A DNA stretch of 63,995 bases, the filler included, from Reticulomyxa filosa (taxonomy: Eukaryota; Protista; Foraminifera), in assembly GCA_000512085.1 (NCBI GenBank). It is 23 parts of 23 records of this genome, joined end to end, with 100 filler letters (N's around TTAATTAATTAA, not from the genome) between each part and the next. Parts side by side here need not be neighbours in the genome. Positions count along the whole stretch, not along the records: positions 49,211 to 51,405 come from ASPP01000643.1; positions 51,506 to 53,345 come from ASPP01037194.1; positions 53,446 to 55,414 come from ASPP01044621.1; positions 55,515 to 58,228 come from ASPP01024108.1; positions 58,329 to 59,385 come from ASPP01019720.1; positions 59,486 to 61,722 come from ASPP01032938.1; positions 61,823 to 63,995 come from ASPP01027663.1; 16 more parts are not named here. One strand, given 5' to 3'. Below, piece by piece: positions 50,200 through 63,289 of this stretch (positions are counted from its first letter, which is position 1; every line of letters starts with the position of its first letter). The notes beneath the pieces were generated by a model. That model was given only the letters and a program-made list of their open reading frames with translations. It was not told the DNA's origin and ran no database searches. The position numbers and the translations under genes were made by a program.

Positions 50200-51405
50200 G
50201 TTCATTGTTCTTTCCTTGATACAAATGTAAGACATCTTATTTCATTATCATCTTTATCATCATTATCATTATCTCTATCTCCTTTCTTTATCGAATATCC
50301 CAAAAATGAATTGTAGTATCTACTACGAAATGTTTTATCATTGGATCCCGAACAAATAAATGTAGAATTATCAAATGAATGATAATCAATACTATATACA
50401 ACGCCCGTATGTCTTTTGAATACTTTAATTGATTGTCCATTATTAATTTCCATTTTTGTTGGAAATTTCACATTGTAATTTTCTTGATTTTTCTTTATGT
50501 TTTCACTTTTATCAATTATGATAAACTCTATTTCTTGCTTTAATTTTTTGATTGACTTTTTAAAATTTTTCTACGTAATAATTTTGACAACACAAATACA
50601 TATAAAATTTTTTTGGTATATCTTAATCATATATAAAAATATATACATACGATAATATTAGTATGATTTTTTTTTCTTGATTTCAATATATTTTTATAAC
50701 GTAATAAACGATTTTGCATTTTTAATTTTTTTGATTTAGCCTTTATATATAAATAAATAAAAACATAATTTTTATTTGTTTTATATTTAATTATTATTAT
50801 TATTATTTTTGATATTTTTGAATCAAATGAAAACAAAAATAAATATATTAAACCTTAGCATATATTAATTGTAGATTGTCTTTTTGATATTGATCTAATT
50901 GTTGCAATCTCTTCATGTTTTTTCATTTTCCAAATTTAATTTCTTAATTTTTTCCTATTTTTATTTTTTTCCAATATGGACATAGATTATTTTTTGTTAA
51001 AATCATCGATAAATAATTATACCTGATATTACCAAATAGTTTGTTGTAACGTATCAAAAGATTTAATTACCAAATCAAAATGAAATTGCATGTTTGATGT
51101 CAAATGATCAGTGATCGCAGATTTCAAACATAAATGATTGCATCCAAATGATTCAAACCAAAATTTAACCATTTGTAGACAACATGTTCCAAATGATCAT
51201 TCACATGTTTCAATTTTCCTTTGAAATCACAAATAACAATTTCAGGTGTTTTTCCTTCTTCATGTCCTTGTTGTGTTAGCATTTGTAGTTGATATTGTCC
51301 TTGTTCTTGTTGAAATTGTCGTGGACATATCACATTCAATTCATTAATGTATCACTTCGCCAATCGACCTTGAGAATACAAACAGTTGTCATGAGGTTCA
51401 ATTGG
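50200..51405 (-). pseudogene. RING/TRAF zinc finger - coiled coil - WD40 gene, decayed
   Basis: PIEPHDNC..., ICPRQFQQ...CDFKGKLKHVNDHLE and HLTSNMQFHFDLVIK are paralogous to 4154-4873. Downstream WD40 remnant: IKVFKRHTGVVYSIDY...ICSGSNDKT. Confidence 0.75.
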
Positions 51406-51505
51406 NNNNNNNNNNNNNNNNNNNNNNNNNNNNNNNNNNNNNNNNNNNNTTAATTAATTAANNNNNNNNNNNNNNNNNNNNNNNNNNNNNNNNNNNNNNN
51501 NNNNN

Positions 51506-51862
51506 ATCTGGTGAAAATCTTACACTGTATAATCTGTGTTTATGTCCTTTAAAAACATGCATCAATTTAAAATATCTTACCTATGTTTTTGTGAATAATT
51601 GATAATTAATTATCGTATAGATTTTATTTACATGAAATGTAAATAACTTAACATATTTTACAACAATTTTATCAAAATCATCAATCCATCCTAATTTAAT
51701 ATCAGAAATTCGAATCCAATTTTTAATTATTACTTTTATTTCTTTTTCTGACTGTCTTTGTTTTGTAGTTTGGTAATAAAGGGAAAGACTTTCGATGAAA
51801 TGCTAAAGAAATTTTACCAAGTGTGGCGTTACAATCTCTTCTTTGTCGGGAACATTACCCAT
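51506..51862 (-). CDS. WD40 repeat protein, 5' part
   Basis: MGNVPDKEEIVTPHL|...IIKNWIRISDIKLGWIDDFDKIVVKY|...FKLMHVFKGHKHRLYSVRFSPD, truncated by the spacer. Confidence 0.75.
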
Positions 51863-52141
51863 TCTTCTTTACTTGTATCTGATCAATAAATAATTGAGAT
51901 TTTTTAAAACAAAGTTTGAACACCTTTTAAAAACTTTTAAAATATTTGTGCTGATTGCATTTTTTAAAATTCAATTGTAAATCTTCAGCACTTCATTATT
52001 TTTCTTTGTTAAATTATACTTTTTTTTTTTGCGTAAAAAAGGGGATATATTTACAAACATGAAAAATGGCTCTAACTAAAAAGACTCTTTTTTGATACAT
52101 CCCTTTTTAAAAAAGTTTTAATAGTTCATCAATCTGACAAC

Positions 52142-53345
52142 ATGAGTAAAAAAAACTTTGAAACTTTAAAAGATTTACCCATTCCACTTCCGGAACCTCA
52201 ATGTGTGCTGCATAAAGATGAAATCCTCATTTGTGGAGGTAGGTGTCAAAGTGGCTGTTACTCTTACAATACGTACAAAGACAGCTACAAGTTTATCTGT
52301 GATTATCCAAGTAATGTCAAATTAGATGGACACTGTGTAGTGAATCTGGTGAATAATAACAGCGAAGGGAATGATGAGATTACTTTATTGTCTTTTGGTG
52401 GATTATCTAAACATACATTGATAATGAAATATGTAAGTGTTTGGAGTGACAACAATAATAAGAATGGAATTAAGAGATCAAAGAAATTAAAAAAATGCAA
52501 TCAATGGGTTCCTTTTACAGACAATAAGGAAAAAGTAGTTAAACTTGGAAAACAGGAAGATCGTTATGAAGGAGCACGTGCAGTGATTGGTGGAGGCAAT
52601 GACCATTTATTATTTATCACCTATCAACCAAAGAATATTAGTGTGTTTGATTTAAATACATTTCAATTTATTAAACATGATACTTTGCCAATTGATAATG
52701 AGATATACTCCCCTTGCTTTGTATCAATATCAGAAAATGAACAAGAAATGATAAGAGGAAATAAAAAAAATAAGAAGAATAAAAAGCTATTGTTTCATAA
52801 AAAGGCAGGACTATTAATTAAATATGACGAAACCAAAAATAATTTTCGATATTATGTCAAAAAAGTTTGTAAAGATATTGCGCCATTCTGGAATTATGGA
52901 TATGTGCGTATCAATGACATCATCTTGTTTTTTGGTGGATGGAGTTCTAAGACTGGTTCAAAATCAGTGTACAAGTATTCAATTCCAGAAAACAAATGGA
53001 TGACATTTCAAGATGCTTTACCCACTTCATTGGATGGTTGTGTTGCAATGTTGAGCAAAGATAGCGAGAATGTACATGTTATTGGTGTGCTAAGTGCCAA
53101 CTGTGACTCTGCGATCACACACTTGAAAACGAAAGTAACAAAATGGTTGACTGAAGAGGAGAAAATAAAAATAAAGAAACAATTGAGTGTACAAGAAAAA
53201 AATAAGAAAAGGAAAGAGAGAGAAGAGGAAGAAGAAGAAAGAGAAGAAGAAGAAGAGGAAGCTGAAGAGGAAGAGGAAGTAGAAGAAGAAGTTGAAGTAG
53301 AAAAGGAAATAGAAGAAGAAGAGGAAATAGAAGAAGAAGAAGAAA
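52142..53345 (+). CDS. Kelch-like beta-propeller protein with a poly-Glu tail (lineage-expanded family)
   Basis: Intronless ~400-aa ORF with kelch-like blades (ILICGG, LLSFGG, ILFFGGW..SVYKYSIPENKW) and an acidic tail truncated at the spacer. Confidence 0.85.
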
Positions 53346-53445
53346 NNNNNNNNNNNNNNNNNNNNNNNNNNNNNNNNNNNNNNNNNNNNTTAATTAATTA
53401 ANNNNNNNNNNNNNNNNNNNNNNNNNNNNNNNNNNNNNNNNNNNN

Positions 53446-54905
53446 TAGATGTTGCAGTATCTAGTTGTTCTGTGCTTGTTTTCATTCAAGATACAACGTG
53501 TAACGCTTTCCTGCGAGCATTATTTGCAACAAGATCCACTTTATCATTACCAGGAATCCCAGAATGACCTTTAATCTGGTACGTTATTCTCATTAAATGA
53601 TTTCAATATCAATAATTGGCAATTTATAGATATCAGAATCCCATTTGTTGAATATTACATTAATCACGAACTTGCAACAGTCAGGATAATCACTCCTCCA
53701 GCATGGAATCTGCAATGGTCACCGACATACGTCAAATGCAAGTCTCATCGCTTCAATCTCAGATCCAATATTGGTCGTAATATCATTGATCGGATATTCC
53801 AATTCCGACCATTTTGGCATATTTAGATCTTGGATATGTGCTTTCATCACAAAATATCACAATGCAATCATCATCCAACGATACCAGAATCTGGTTCGAT
53901 GTTGGTTCATTGAAGATTGCAAAAGATAAGCTGCATGGATACATCCACGGGATAATGTCGATAGTTTGCCAATCCATGAGATATAGTTTAGATGTGTCTT
54001 TGGTCTTGATTCATTCCAAATCTCGTATGCCAATACAAGATTATGACCATTGAATCGACCTGACCATCTGATACACTTGTGGTACAACTCCACTTCTTCT
54101 TGTCTTTGTCGCCATTCAATAGGAGGAAGCTGGAAAATAATATTAATGTGTCATAGGCAGCCTGGTTCATCACACCAAGAATTCGACACATTGCAATCCT
54201 TTCTTATGAGTGTCTGCTGCGCCATTTCAAAATGCTGATGCATACTCGAGACTGTGACGGATGATGGTCTTGTATAATAGATTGTACGTAGATAAACTTG
54301 ATCTGAATCCTTTGTATGACATAAATATGTCAAATTTTCTCGCTGCCTTGCCGTACACGTAATTAGCATGCTTAGAATACGTCATATGGAAATCAAGAAA
54401 CAATCCAAGATACTTCACGTGATCGCATTCCTTTGCTGTATGTCAATTGCACCTTTGGAAATTTTTTTTTATTCTGATGTCTGAATGTGATGCATTGCGT
54501 CTTATCAGCTGCCAGCAACATCTTCCATTGATTGGACCAAATGGATACTTCGTCCAGACTTTGTTGTAATAACCCTAGCCGATAGCTCATCTCATTTACA
54601 TCACTTGTAAATATTGATACGTCATCTGTAAACATGCTACACTGAATATGCCGATGAATCACTGCCAGTAGGTCATTAATATACAATAGAAACAATGCTG
54701 GGGATAAAGCAGATCCTTGAGGGACTCCAGTATTAAATTCAATCCATTCTGAATGAACTCCATTCAATGCGACCCTTCCAAATCGATCTGATAAAAGCTA
54801 TCAATCCACCAATACAATCTTCCATCTAGTTGAAATTCATTTCTCATTTTGTATCTTAATCCATTTCTCCAAACACTGTCATATGCTGCAGAGATGTCAA
54901 AAAAA
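53446..54905 (-). mobile_element. Non-LTR retrotransposon remnant, RT plus RNase H
   Basis: RT: FDISAAYDSVW, TGVPQGSALSP.LFLLYINDL, MFTDDV, KYLGL, YKTIIRHSLEYA. RNase H: IFCDES, GSEIEAMRL, IKGHSGIPGNDKVD. Many frameshifts. Confidence 0.92.
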
Positions 54906-55623
54906 AAATTAATTAATAAATAATAATCAAAGCCCCCTCTCTCATCATCAAAGACCAACTCAAATAAGTGGTCAAGGGAGATTTTGAGAAAAAGATGGAG
55001 ATAAAACCCCAAACAACCTCCATGTCGCTAATCTCGACATGAATGATAAGATTAGGGCCAAAGAAGCGCAATCCAGTAAAACCGAGAAATATCTTTCAAC
55101 TACCCGAAGCAACGGCAATTCCCTGAAAGGCCCTGAAGCAACGACAAAGCACATGCAACTTTTTAAATTTCAAATTTTTTTTTGTTTGAGTTTTAGTTAT
55201 TTTGGGGGTTAAATTCTAATAAGATAAAGTTTTTTTTATTATCTTTAAGAAGAAAGAAGTGTTGTAGCAAAATAAAGATAGGGGGACCTCAACGAAACAC
55301 TCAGCCACTGATAATGCCTTTTATCTTCGTACAAAAAAAAAATCTTTCATCATCGAGATAAAACTTTTGAAAAAAAAAGTTGTATTTTGAATGAAAACAA
55401 GCACAGAACAACTANNNNNNNNNNNNNNNNNNNNNNNNNNNNNNNNNNNNNNNNNNNNTTAATTAATTAANNNNNNNNNNNNNNNNNNNNNNNNNNNNNN
55501 NNNNNNNNNNNNNNAATTCACAAAGGACGAGTTAGGTAATCTGAGAGAATGTGTGTGTGTGTGTGTGTGTGTTGTGTCCATGATGATGAGCATACCTCTA
55601 TCAGAGAACATATACTCTTTCAG

Positions 55624-55842
55624 GTGTTGAAAGATGACAAGCGCTTGTGCAAATTAGGAATCGACAACGGTGAAATATTAATGCTGGTAAGGTCTTCCAA
55701 ACCGAATACCACCGCAAAAAATGATACGTTGACTGTTACAAGGGATCGTGCCTTCACTACAAACACGGTATCACCCATTTCTGCTCCTGCATTGAGTCCG
55801 AGAAATGCAAATATGAACGATTTGACACTCGACTGGTCGTAA
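55624..55842 (+). CDS. Terminal exon of a protein with a ubiquitin-like domain
   Basis: After a TTTCAG acceptor, VLKDDKRLCKLGIDNGEILMLV matches the Ubl C-terminal pattern L.D.K.L...GI..G..L.LV. Confidence 0.6.
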   Translation: MLKDDKRLCKLGIDNGEILMLVRSSKPNTTAKNDTLTVTRDRAFTTNTVSPISAPALSPRNANMNDLTLDWS

Positions 55843-56672
55843 TCATATCTCCTGGTCTCTTTTGTCACAAACACAATCCATTTGTTTCATCAAGTTTCTC
55901 AATATCTTCTTGTCAAATACACTTTTGGTAGATTAAAAACTATTTTTTATTGCCTTAATGAGTAACTTTAGAATGAGCCATTTTAAAATAAAATATCATA
56001 AAATATGAATTGTACATTTTTGTGGAGAGTCATTTTTTTCTATCCATTTAAAATATTTTTTTTTTTTTTGCATAAAATTAAACCAACTAAAAATCAATTT
56101 TTAGGGATCAGATGATAAATTGTGTCATTATTTCATTCATTTCATTTGCTTCAAACGTAGAAAGAGGTCTTGTCAAAAATGGTCATATTTCCAAAAAAGT
56201 ATCTTTAAACGCTAGTTCTAAGATCATTTGGTAACTGGCAGTTAACAAAAAAATGTAAAGCTAATTGGGTTAGAAGATAAGCAGATCCTACATCCTCTTT
56301 AGTTACGAGTTTTTTTCAGACTTTTTTTTATTTTGAAAAAATTATTCGAGTAAAAAAATTAAAAGTTAGGCATAGATGAAGAGTGCTAAATGTTTTTTTT
56401 TTTGAACGTCATAAACGATTTTTTCAAAAGGAGTGTAAAGTGGCATTTAAAATCACAACGACCACACACAAAAAGTACGATTTATTAATTCCAAAGATTA
56501 AAACAAACTTTGAACACAGAGCAATAATAAAGAGATGGGTTATGATCTTTGAATGAAATGAGTCCACTTGAAATCCAAAATGAAATTAATTTTCGTGTTG
56601 AAAATCAAGACTAAATCAAACAGAGACTAACACTACAGTTGCTAAAGTTGCATTTAAGAAAAACAAACAAGT

Positions 56673-57294
56673 TTAAAATCGATTGGTTGGAAACTCTGGC
56701 AATGGTGAATCACAAAGCTGTTGCAATTCAAAAGTGTTATTCATAAAAATAAAAAAAAAATAACATTAAAATATATTTAGGACTCAATACAAAAACATAT
56801 AACGTAACTTGACAAAATTTGAGAGTCTTTGGATTCGGATGTCTGCAAAACTGGCACCATTTGCGCTCCCAATTTCTGGTGATCAATGGTCTGTCATCAA
56901 ATCAACATAGCACAACACAAGACTTTGATTTGGAATAACTTTTATATTTATTACTTTTTTGTTGTAAGTCGAACCTTTGACGTGCTGGCTTGGCTTTTTC
57001 ATTTGTCTCATTTTTCGTGTCAGTGTCCTGACTATTCCCTACTTTCATTTTTTCTTCGGCTTGTTTCAGCCTTTTTAAGTCATAGCCTATTTTTACTTTG
57101 GTATTTTTATTTTCTTTACGAATTCCTAGTGCTAACTCTGCATAACGGTCCGCTACAGTGTTCAGTTTTTTTTGCTTCTCTTTTCCTTCTCGAATTTGCT
57201 CTTTCTCTTTCTTTGTCAAACGTCCCCACCACGTCTTGCGGTGCTTCTTACCCGTTACTGCGCGATATTTCCTTCTTTTCCACACACGACCCAT
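56673..57294 (-). CDS. Small basic protein with a C-terminal C4 zinc ribbon
   Basis: MGRVWKRRKYRAVTGKKHRK..., with later exons giving WCQFCRHPNPKTLKFCQ|LCDSPLPEFPTNRF*. The phase of the first junction is off by 1 nt, at a homopolymer. Confidence 0.55.
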
Positions 57295-57649
57295 TATTTT
57301 AAAAATAAATTTAAAATGCAAGGAAAAACTCTTTGGCACGGAACGCCTTTTTGCTTGATGAAAGTACGACCAACCTTAATGCTTACAATTTACTCAATTT
57401 GATCTTTCTTGCCCTACTTTATGTTATTTCCGCTGTAACTTTGTTGAAAGGATTGCAAACTTATTCTGCAAAGCCATAATCATTTGATGTATAAAGAAAC
57501 ATTTTTTTCAATTTGTGAAAAAAAGTATGTGTCTGTTTAGGTCCGAGTACATTTAGACCTTGAGAAAAGCGATATTTAGTGTGTTTTTTTCTTTTCTTTC
57601 TTCAACATTATTCCCTTTCCCTTTTTCCCCCTTTCTTTCGTGTTCCAGC

Positions 57650-58057
57650 ATGTCTAAGCGTAAAGCGGAAAGGGTTGATGATGACATCGAACTACCGAGG
57701 GCAAAACGACATAAGCCAAATTCAACAGAGTCGAGTTATCTTTTACAAAGAAACTCTTCATCAATACTGATCGGTTCGGCACGACTTCACACCGACCACA
57801 TGAGTTCTTGCCTTCACATACACTCGGGCCGTCCTCTTAATCCTTACGACTATCCCTCATGCATTACAATAAGTGCACCCCCAACAAGCGAAGTGGTGCA
57901 CGAAAAAAAAGAGATGATAAAAAACTCAGTTGACACACAAATGCAATCACGGTCACAATCACAATCAATGGACCATTCGGATGTTATTAACATAAGTAAT
58001 GAAACAAATCATAGCAATAACTCTGTTTCCAGTCGAAGAAGGACATCAAGAAGTGAG
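57650..58057 (+). CDS. First exon of a probable nuclear protein
   Basis: MSKRKAERVDDDIELPRAKRHK resembles a bipartite NLS. The exon is Ser-rich, with a GTATT donor at 58058. Confidence 0.55.
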
Positions 58058-59687
58058 GTATTCATGAATGAATGTATATGTGACTAATTGAATCATTTAG
58101 TGTCCAACCAATCAATTTTTTCAAAATTAAAAACAACCCATCTGAACTCATTCGCGGCAGCATTTTTACAATTCTGTTTCACTCAGCATTTGTTTATCAT
58201 TTTTTGATTTTTTTTTTTTTTTTTTTTTNNNNNNNNNNNNNNNNNNNNNNNNNNNNNNNNNNNNNNNNNNNNTTAATTAATTAANNNNNNNNNNNNNNNN
58301 NNNNNNNNNNNNNNNNNNNNNNNNNNNNATAAATTTGAAAAGGGGGGAAAAGAAATTATAAAAAGTGGGAAAAATTTAAGAAAAATGAAAATAAAAAATG
58401 AAGAGAAAAATAAAAAAGAAATGGAAAAAAAGTTGGAAAATGAAAAAAAAAAAGAATTAATGTGAAAAAAGAGAAAAAAGAAAAAAAAGAAAGCAATGTG
58501 AAAAAAGAGAAAAAAGAAAAAAAAAGCAATGAGTGGAAAAAAAAGATTAAGATATAAAAGAAAAAGAAAAAAAGGAAAAAAAGAATGAAAAAAAAATTGT
58601 TGCAATTATTAGAGGAGACTGACCGCTCCTAGTGTACGTGCGCGTTTTCGCGCTTTTGATTTTATGTTGTTTTTGTACCAGTTCCATTCGGTCAAGCCAA
58701 AGTCGGTTTTTCATTACAACATCGACTAGATCACATGAACTTGTAGTTGGAAAACATCACGATATGGAGTTGGAGCAGTTGGCAAGATTATCCCTGATCA
58801 ATCCCAAACAAGCTAGATCTTGGTGCTGCCAGAGCAAAAAGGCAAGACTCTTCAGGAAGAAAAAAGAACGGTGGTGTCGCTCAAAGTAAAAAGGATGTCG
58901 ATATTATGATGTAGCAACGGCGGCAGCGACTTGGCTAACGAAGAAGACGAAAACGATGAAGAAAAAAGAAAATAATTGGTATTTCGATCGAGCAAACCAC
59001 ATTAAATCGGATAAATCATTTCATGAAAGATTGGTCCAATTTAGTTGTTCGAAACTCACAAGACACCTGTCAACAAGAAGAGAAAGAGTAGAAAGAGTAT
59101 GATTTCTTTAAAAGGGGGAGGAAAAAAAAGCAAACCAGTCAGCCGGCTTTATTGTTTGTGGAATTGCTTCTTAATCTTAGAAACACGCAAAGTCGCCACT
59201 CGCAGGGCAGACTAACTTCCCATATTGCTCCCCAATGAAACGCGCTGAAAGAATATGTCAATGTCTAGCAGTGTTAGCCCAAAGTATTTAAAAGAACCTG
59301 TTTGCCATCAAAGTGTGCGGATACAAGTCTCTGGCGCTTTACCATGCCAACAATTATCCGCAAATATAGTGTCCAGCTGCGATCTNNNNNNNNNNNNNNN
59401 NNNNNNNNNNNNNNNNNNNNNNNNNNNNNTTAATTAATTAANNNNNNNNNNNNNNNNNNNNNNNNNNNNNNNNNNNNNNNNNNNNGTGGAAAATGAGATG
59501 GGGGAGCTCGACTGCTGATATAAAATGTTATTTGTGTATCCACCCAGCAGGGTCCAGCGCCATCAACACATTACCAATATCCACGGTTTTTTCTTGATTC
59601 GCTAAATAATGGAGAGACTTTTGAATGATCGATCCAATTATCGACTGATACGATGTTATTACTTTTTGTAACAAATGCGCAATAACA

Positions 59688-61069
59688 TTAGCTTCTCATT
59701 GCGCACCAAATCAAATCGTGGAATAAAGCAGCAGTATCCAAATATTGGCGCACACAATACCAGTACAATGTGTCGAAGCCATTGACAAAAGAGAAAGAGG
59801 GCATAGACTGTATTTCGTTGTTGCCACTATAAGCATCACTGGCACTGCGCTTGAACATTGCCACACCAGCTTCATTTGGGGGCGCAATATGTGAAATTAG
59901 TCCATGCATAAAAGCGCGCAAAGCCGTCACTCGAGGGTGTGAATAGCCCATTTTATAACTAAAGTAAGTTGACGGATGATCTTTTTTCTTTTGAAACAAA
60001 TCCAACGCAGTATCCTCGAAATATCCTTTTCTATTTAGCATTCTCCTCCTCTCTTGTTTGCTGGTGATGTTGGTTTGGAGTTTTGCATCAAATTGAGTCA
60101 CGATATGAGAAGAATAGTACCATATGAGAGTGTGCTCACTCGACCGCCATATGTGATTACGTATTCCCTAAACGTCCCACTTCTTCTTTACCTTGCATTT
60201 CTTCGGCCAATCTAGTCCCTGCTGTCGTCGCGATACCGCAATATCAATATCATTTCGTTTTCATTTTGAGCGATATTATCACGTCTTTTTTCTTCCTTTC
60301 TTCCTTTCTTCCTTTCTTCTTGACAAACTTGCCTTTGTAGTCGAACAGCACCAAGACCCAGATTGTCGGCGATTGAATTGTGAGAATCTTTTGCAACGAT
60401 TCCAATGGCATACCGAACTCATTCGTTCTCTTCACTCTTGTGATAGGAGACATACTTTGACCTTGACGCATGGTAATTGATGAGAAAATTTACAACAACG
60501 ACCATTAGCCCATTTAACAATTTTTGTTTTGGCGATACGATGCTGGAGGATACCATTTTTATTTTTTGACGTATTCGCTGATATTCTTCTTTACTGCTTT
60601 CTTGAGTGCCATCCAACACGTCGCCAGTGGTCAATAGTCGATCCAGGACGCAGTTTGATAAAGATAATATGCATTTGTTCCAACAAACGCAAGACAAACG
60701 ACCCTTGCAGTGATTGAGCCAGAAAATGCAACAAACTCGCTCTATTCACCAATTATCAATAATCAACGTTGACTGCGAGCTTACCATTTCTCCCATCAAA
60801 ACACGCTCATGGTTCAAAACCCAACATTTGCGCATGTGCGCACGCACACAGACAGTTTCGTTGTTGTCCTGAGTTGATACAATTGACGCTCCATTTCCAC
60901 TACGACCGAGTTTCCATTGTTCGTTCGTTGGCACCAGTAGCTCGAAGTTCGACACCATCTTTGCCGCTAATTGTTGGCGTGACACAGCACCAGAAACTGG
61001 TGTCTGTTTACGTTGGATGGTAAACAAGTTCTTTGAAATACTTCGTGCCACCACTGCTACACTTTCCAT
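59688..61069 (-). CDS. Hypothetical multi-exon or degenerate gene, unresolved
   Basis: ATG at 61069 and several GC-elevated open stretches (e.g. 59688-60101). No motif recognised and splicing not resolved. Confidence 0.35.
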
Positions 61070-61367
61070 CGGGAGGGGGCGCTACTTGAAGTTAGTATAC
61101 GTCCACGCGTTGCGATTTTGCGCTTTCGGGACATAAAGAGCAAATTAATAACAAATTGCAATAAAGCCACTTTTTCTCTTTTTATTCTTTTTTATTTTTC
61201 TCTTTTTAATCTTTTTTTTCAAATGGCCATTTTTTTTTTTTAAATTTTCAACATTTCTAATTTTTTTTTCTCATTCTTTTATTTTTTCTATTTTCTAATT
61301 TGTTTATTTTTCTTAAATAAAATTTATACGAATTTTTCTACATTTTTCTTAAATAAAATTTATCATT

Positions 61368-61565
61368 TTTTCCCATATTTTTCCCCTATTTTCCCCCTAT
61401 TTTTCCCCTATTTTCCCCCTATTTTTCCCCTATTTTTCCCCTATTTTCCCACTATTTTCCCAATTAATTTCCCATATTTTCCCAATTACTTTACCCTATT
61501 TTCCCAACATTTCCCCTCTTTTCCCAAACCATTTTCCCCATATTTTTCCAATCATTTCCCCACCT
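61368..61565. repeat. Degenerate ~12-bp minisatellite (TTTTTCCCCTAT-like)
   Basis: Near-perfect units at 61378-61460 that decay toward 61565, followed by (AAAAAT)n at ~61588-61622. Confidence 0.8.
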
Positions 61566-61892
61566 TTTTTTCCTCTCATATATACATAAAAAATAAAAAA
61601 TAAAAAATAAAAAATAAAAAAAACTTTCAAATTTCGATTTGACCTTGATTTCTATTTGCACATTCATAAAAGTAATTTTTTTTTATTTAAAAAAAACAAA
61701 CAAAAAACAAATATACTTTTGCNNNNNNNNNNNNNNNNNNNNNNNNNNNNNNNNNNNNNNNNNNNNTTAATTAATTAANNNNNNNNNNNNNNNNNNNNNN
61801 NNNNNNNNNNNNNNNNNNNNNNAAGGGGAGGGAAAAAGGGGGAGAAAAGGGAGAAAAGGGAGAAAAAAAAAAAAAAAAAAAAAAAAAATACC

Positions 61893-63085
61893 AAAAATCA
61901 ATTGTCGAAAGTAATATCTACAAACATCTTCATCAAAGGCGCCCGCGCATTGAATGATGGAAAACATTTCTCCGCCAATGGCCAGCTCTTGTACCATGAG
62001 CGTGACATGACGAACTTCCAAGACGGTATGTTGGGACTCCACATGAGGCCCGCAAAATTTGCAGGGTTCGTCTTGCATTCCACTGGCGTTGACATCAGTG
62101 AGTTTGTCTCTGGTGGTCATTTCCTTGTCTCCGCCCACGCCTTCGTCGTCGTAGGCCATGCTGGTGGTGCTCATGGACATGCCGCCAGTCTTGAGCATAT
62201 GGTCCATGGAGGAGAAGGAGGAAGGAGACGGAGAGAAAGAGGAAGGCCCACGAGAGGAGTTGTTATTGTTGATATTGTTACTATTGTTGGTATTGTTATT
62301 ATTGTTGGTGTTGTTGTTGTTATTGTTATTGTTATTATTACTATTATTATTATTATTATTATTATTATTGTTATTGTTATTAGTAGTATTGTTACTGTTG
62401 TTGTTATTGTTATTGTTGTTAGTACTATTGAAGTAGCTAACATTAAGCTTGGAAGGGTGGATATCATTGCTGGTGATGGGACTGCCATGAAACATATGTT
62501 CATCGTTCAAAGGATAGTCATCCGAGTCGCTCGAGTCACTACTACTACTGCCACTAAAAGAGGACGAAGATGAAGATGAAGAAAGCGAACCACCTGTATT
62601 ACTACTATTATTGCCATTATTATTATTATTATTATTAAAAAAAAAAAAAAAAAATTATTATTACTCGTACTTGCATTTCTCAACTTTTTCTCAGTACTCT
62701 TTTCCACAGTAAGAATTTGTTCGTAACGAACTCTTGGAAGCGACTTTCGACTAAAGTTTGTGCAACCGCAGTCAATGCAATATCTTCCCGACAATGGCAC
62801 ATTGTGATGAACTCGCACCAACGATATTATATGTCGATGGTCCATCGAACGCAGCAGTCTTATCTCATTGTCGATTCGATGCTTCAACTCGTCACACCAA
62901 CGACCCACGTCCACTATCTTCATTGCGTAATGACGGTTTTTGCCCATATCTACACATTCTCGCACTTCACCAAATGCACCCACTCCTATCACCGCACCCA
63001 ATTTATAATATTTTTTCTTGTTCCCGTTTGCTCTCCCTTTCCGCGCTTTGCTTTTTGCTACTGCTTTACTTTTCATTGTTGTTGC

Positions 63086-63131
<46 letters not shown>

Positions 63132-63289
63132 GCTGTTGCTGTTGTCGTCCAAGTATTTCCCACTCCTGTTACCCCTGCTTTGCTACTGCTGCTTGTCTGA
63201 CTCGAACCATTGTCGCCTATCTTCGGTCGTGACGTTCGCCTTTTCACTTTTGTCTCGTTGGGTTGTACTTTCTTGTTTGTCAGAGACAT
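61893..63289 (-). CDS. Ser/Thr protein kinase (CAMK-like), N-lobe with a large insert, 3'-truncated
   Basis: YKLGAVIGVGAFGEV, YAMKIV, NEIRLLRSMDHRHIISL, then after the insert LMVQELAIGGEMFSII...FDEDVCRYYFRQL. Phase-1 intron at 62594-62670; poly-T and poly-N tracts. Confidence 0.9.

Noticed and set aside
58329-58605. Poly-Phe ORF and A/G-rich repeats
   Set aside because: Low-complexity, low-quality contig end.
61368-61565. Telomere-like C-rich repeat
   Set aside because: Internal, irregular in unit length and decaying; better treated as a minisatellite.
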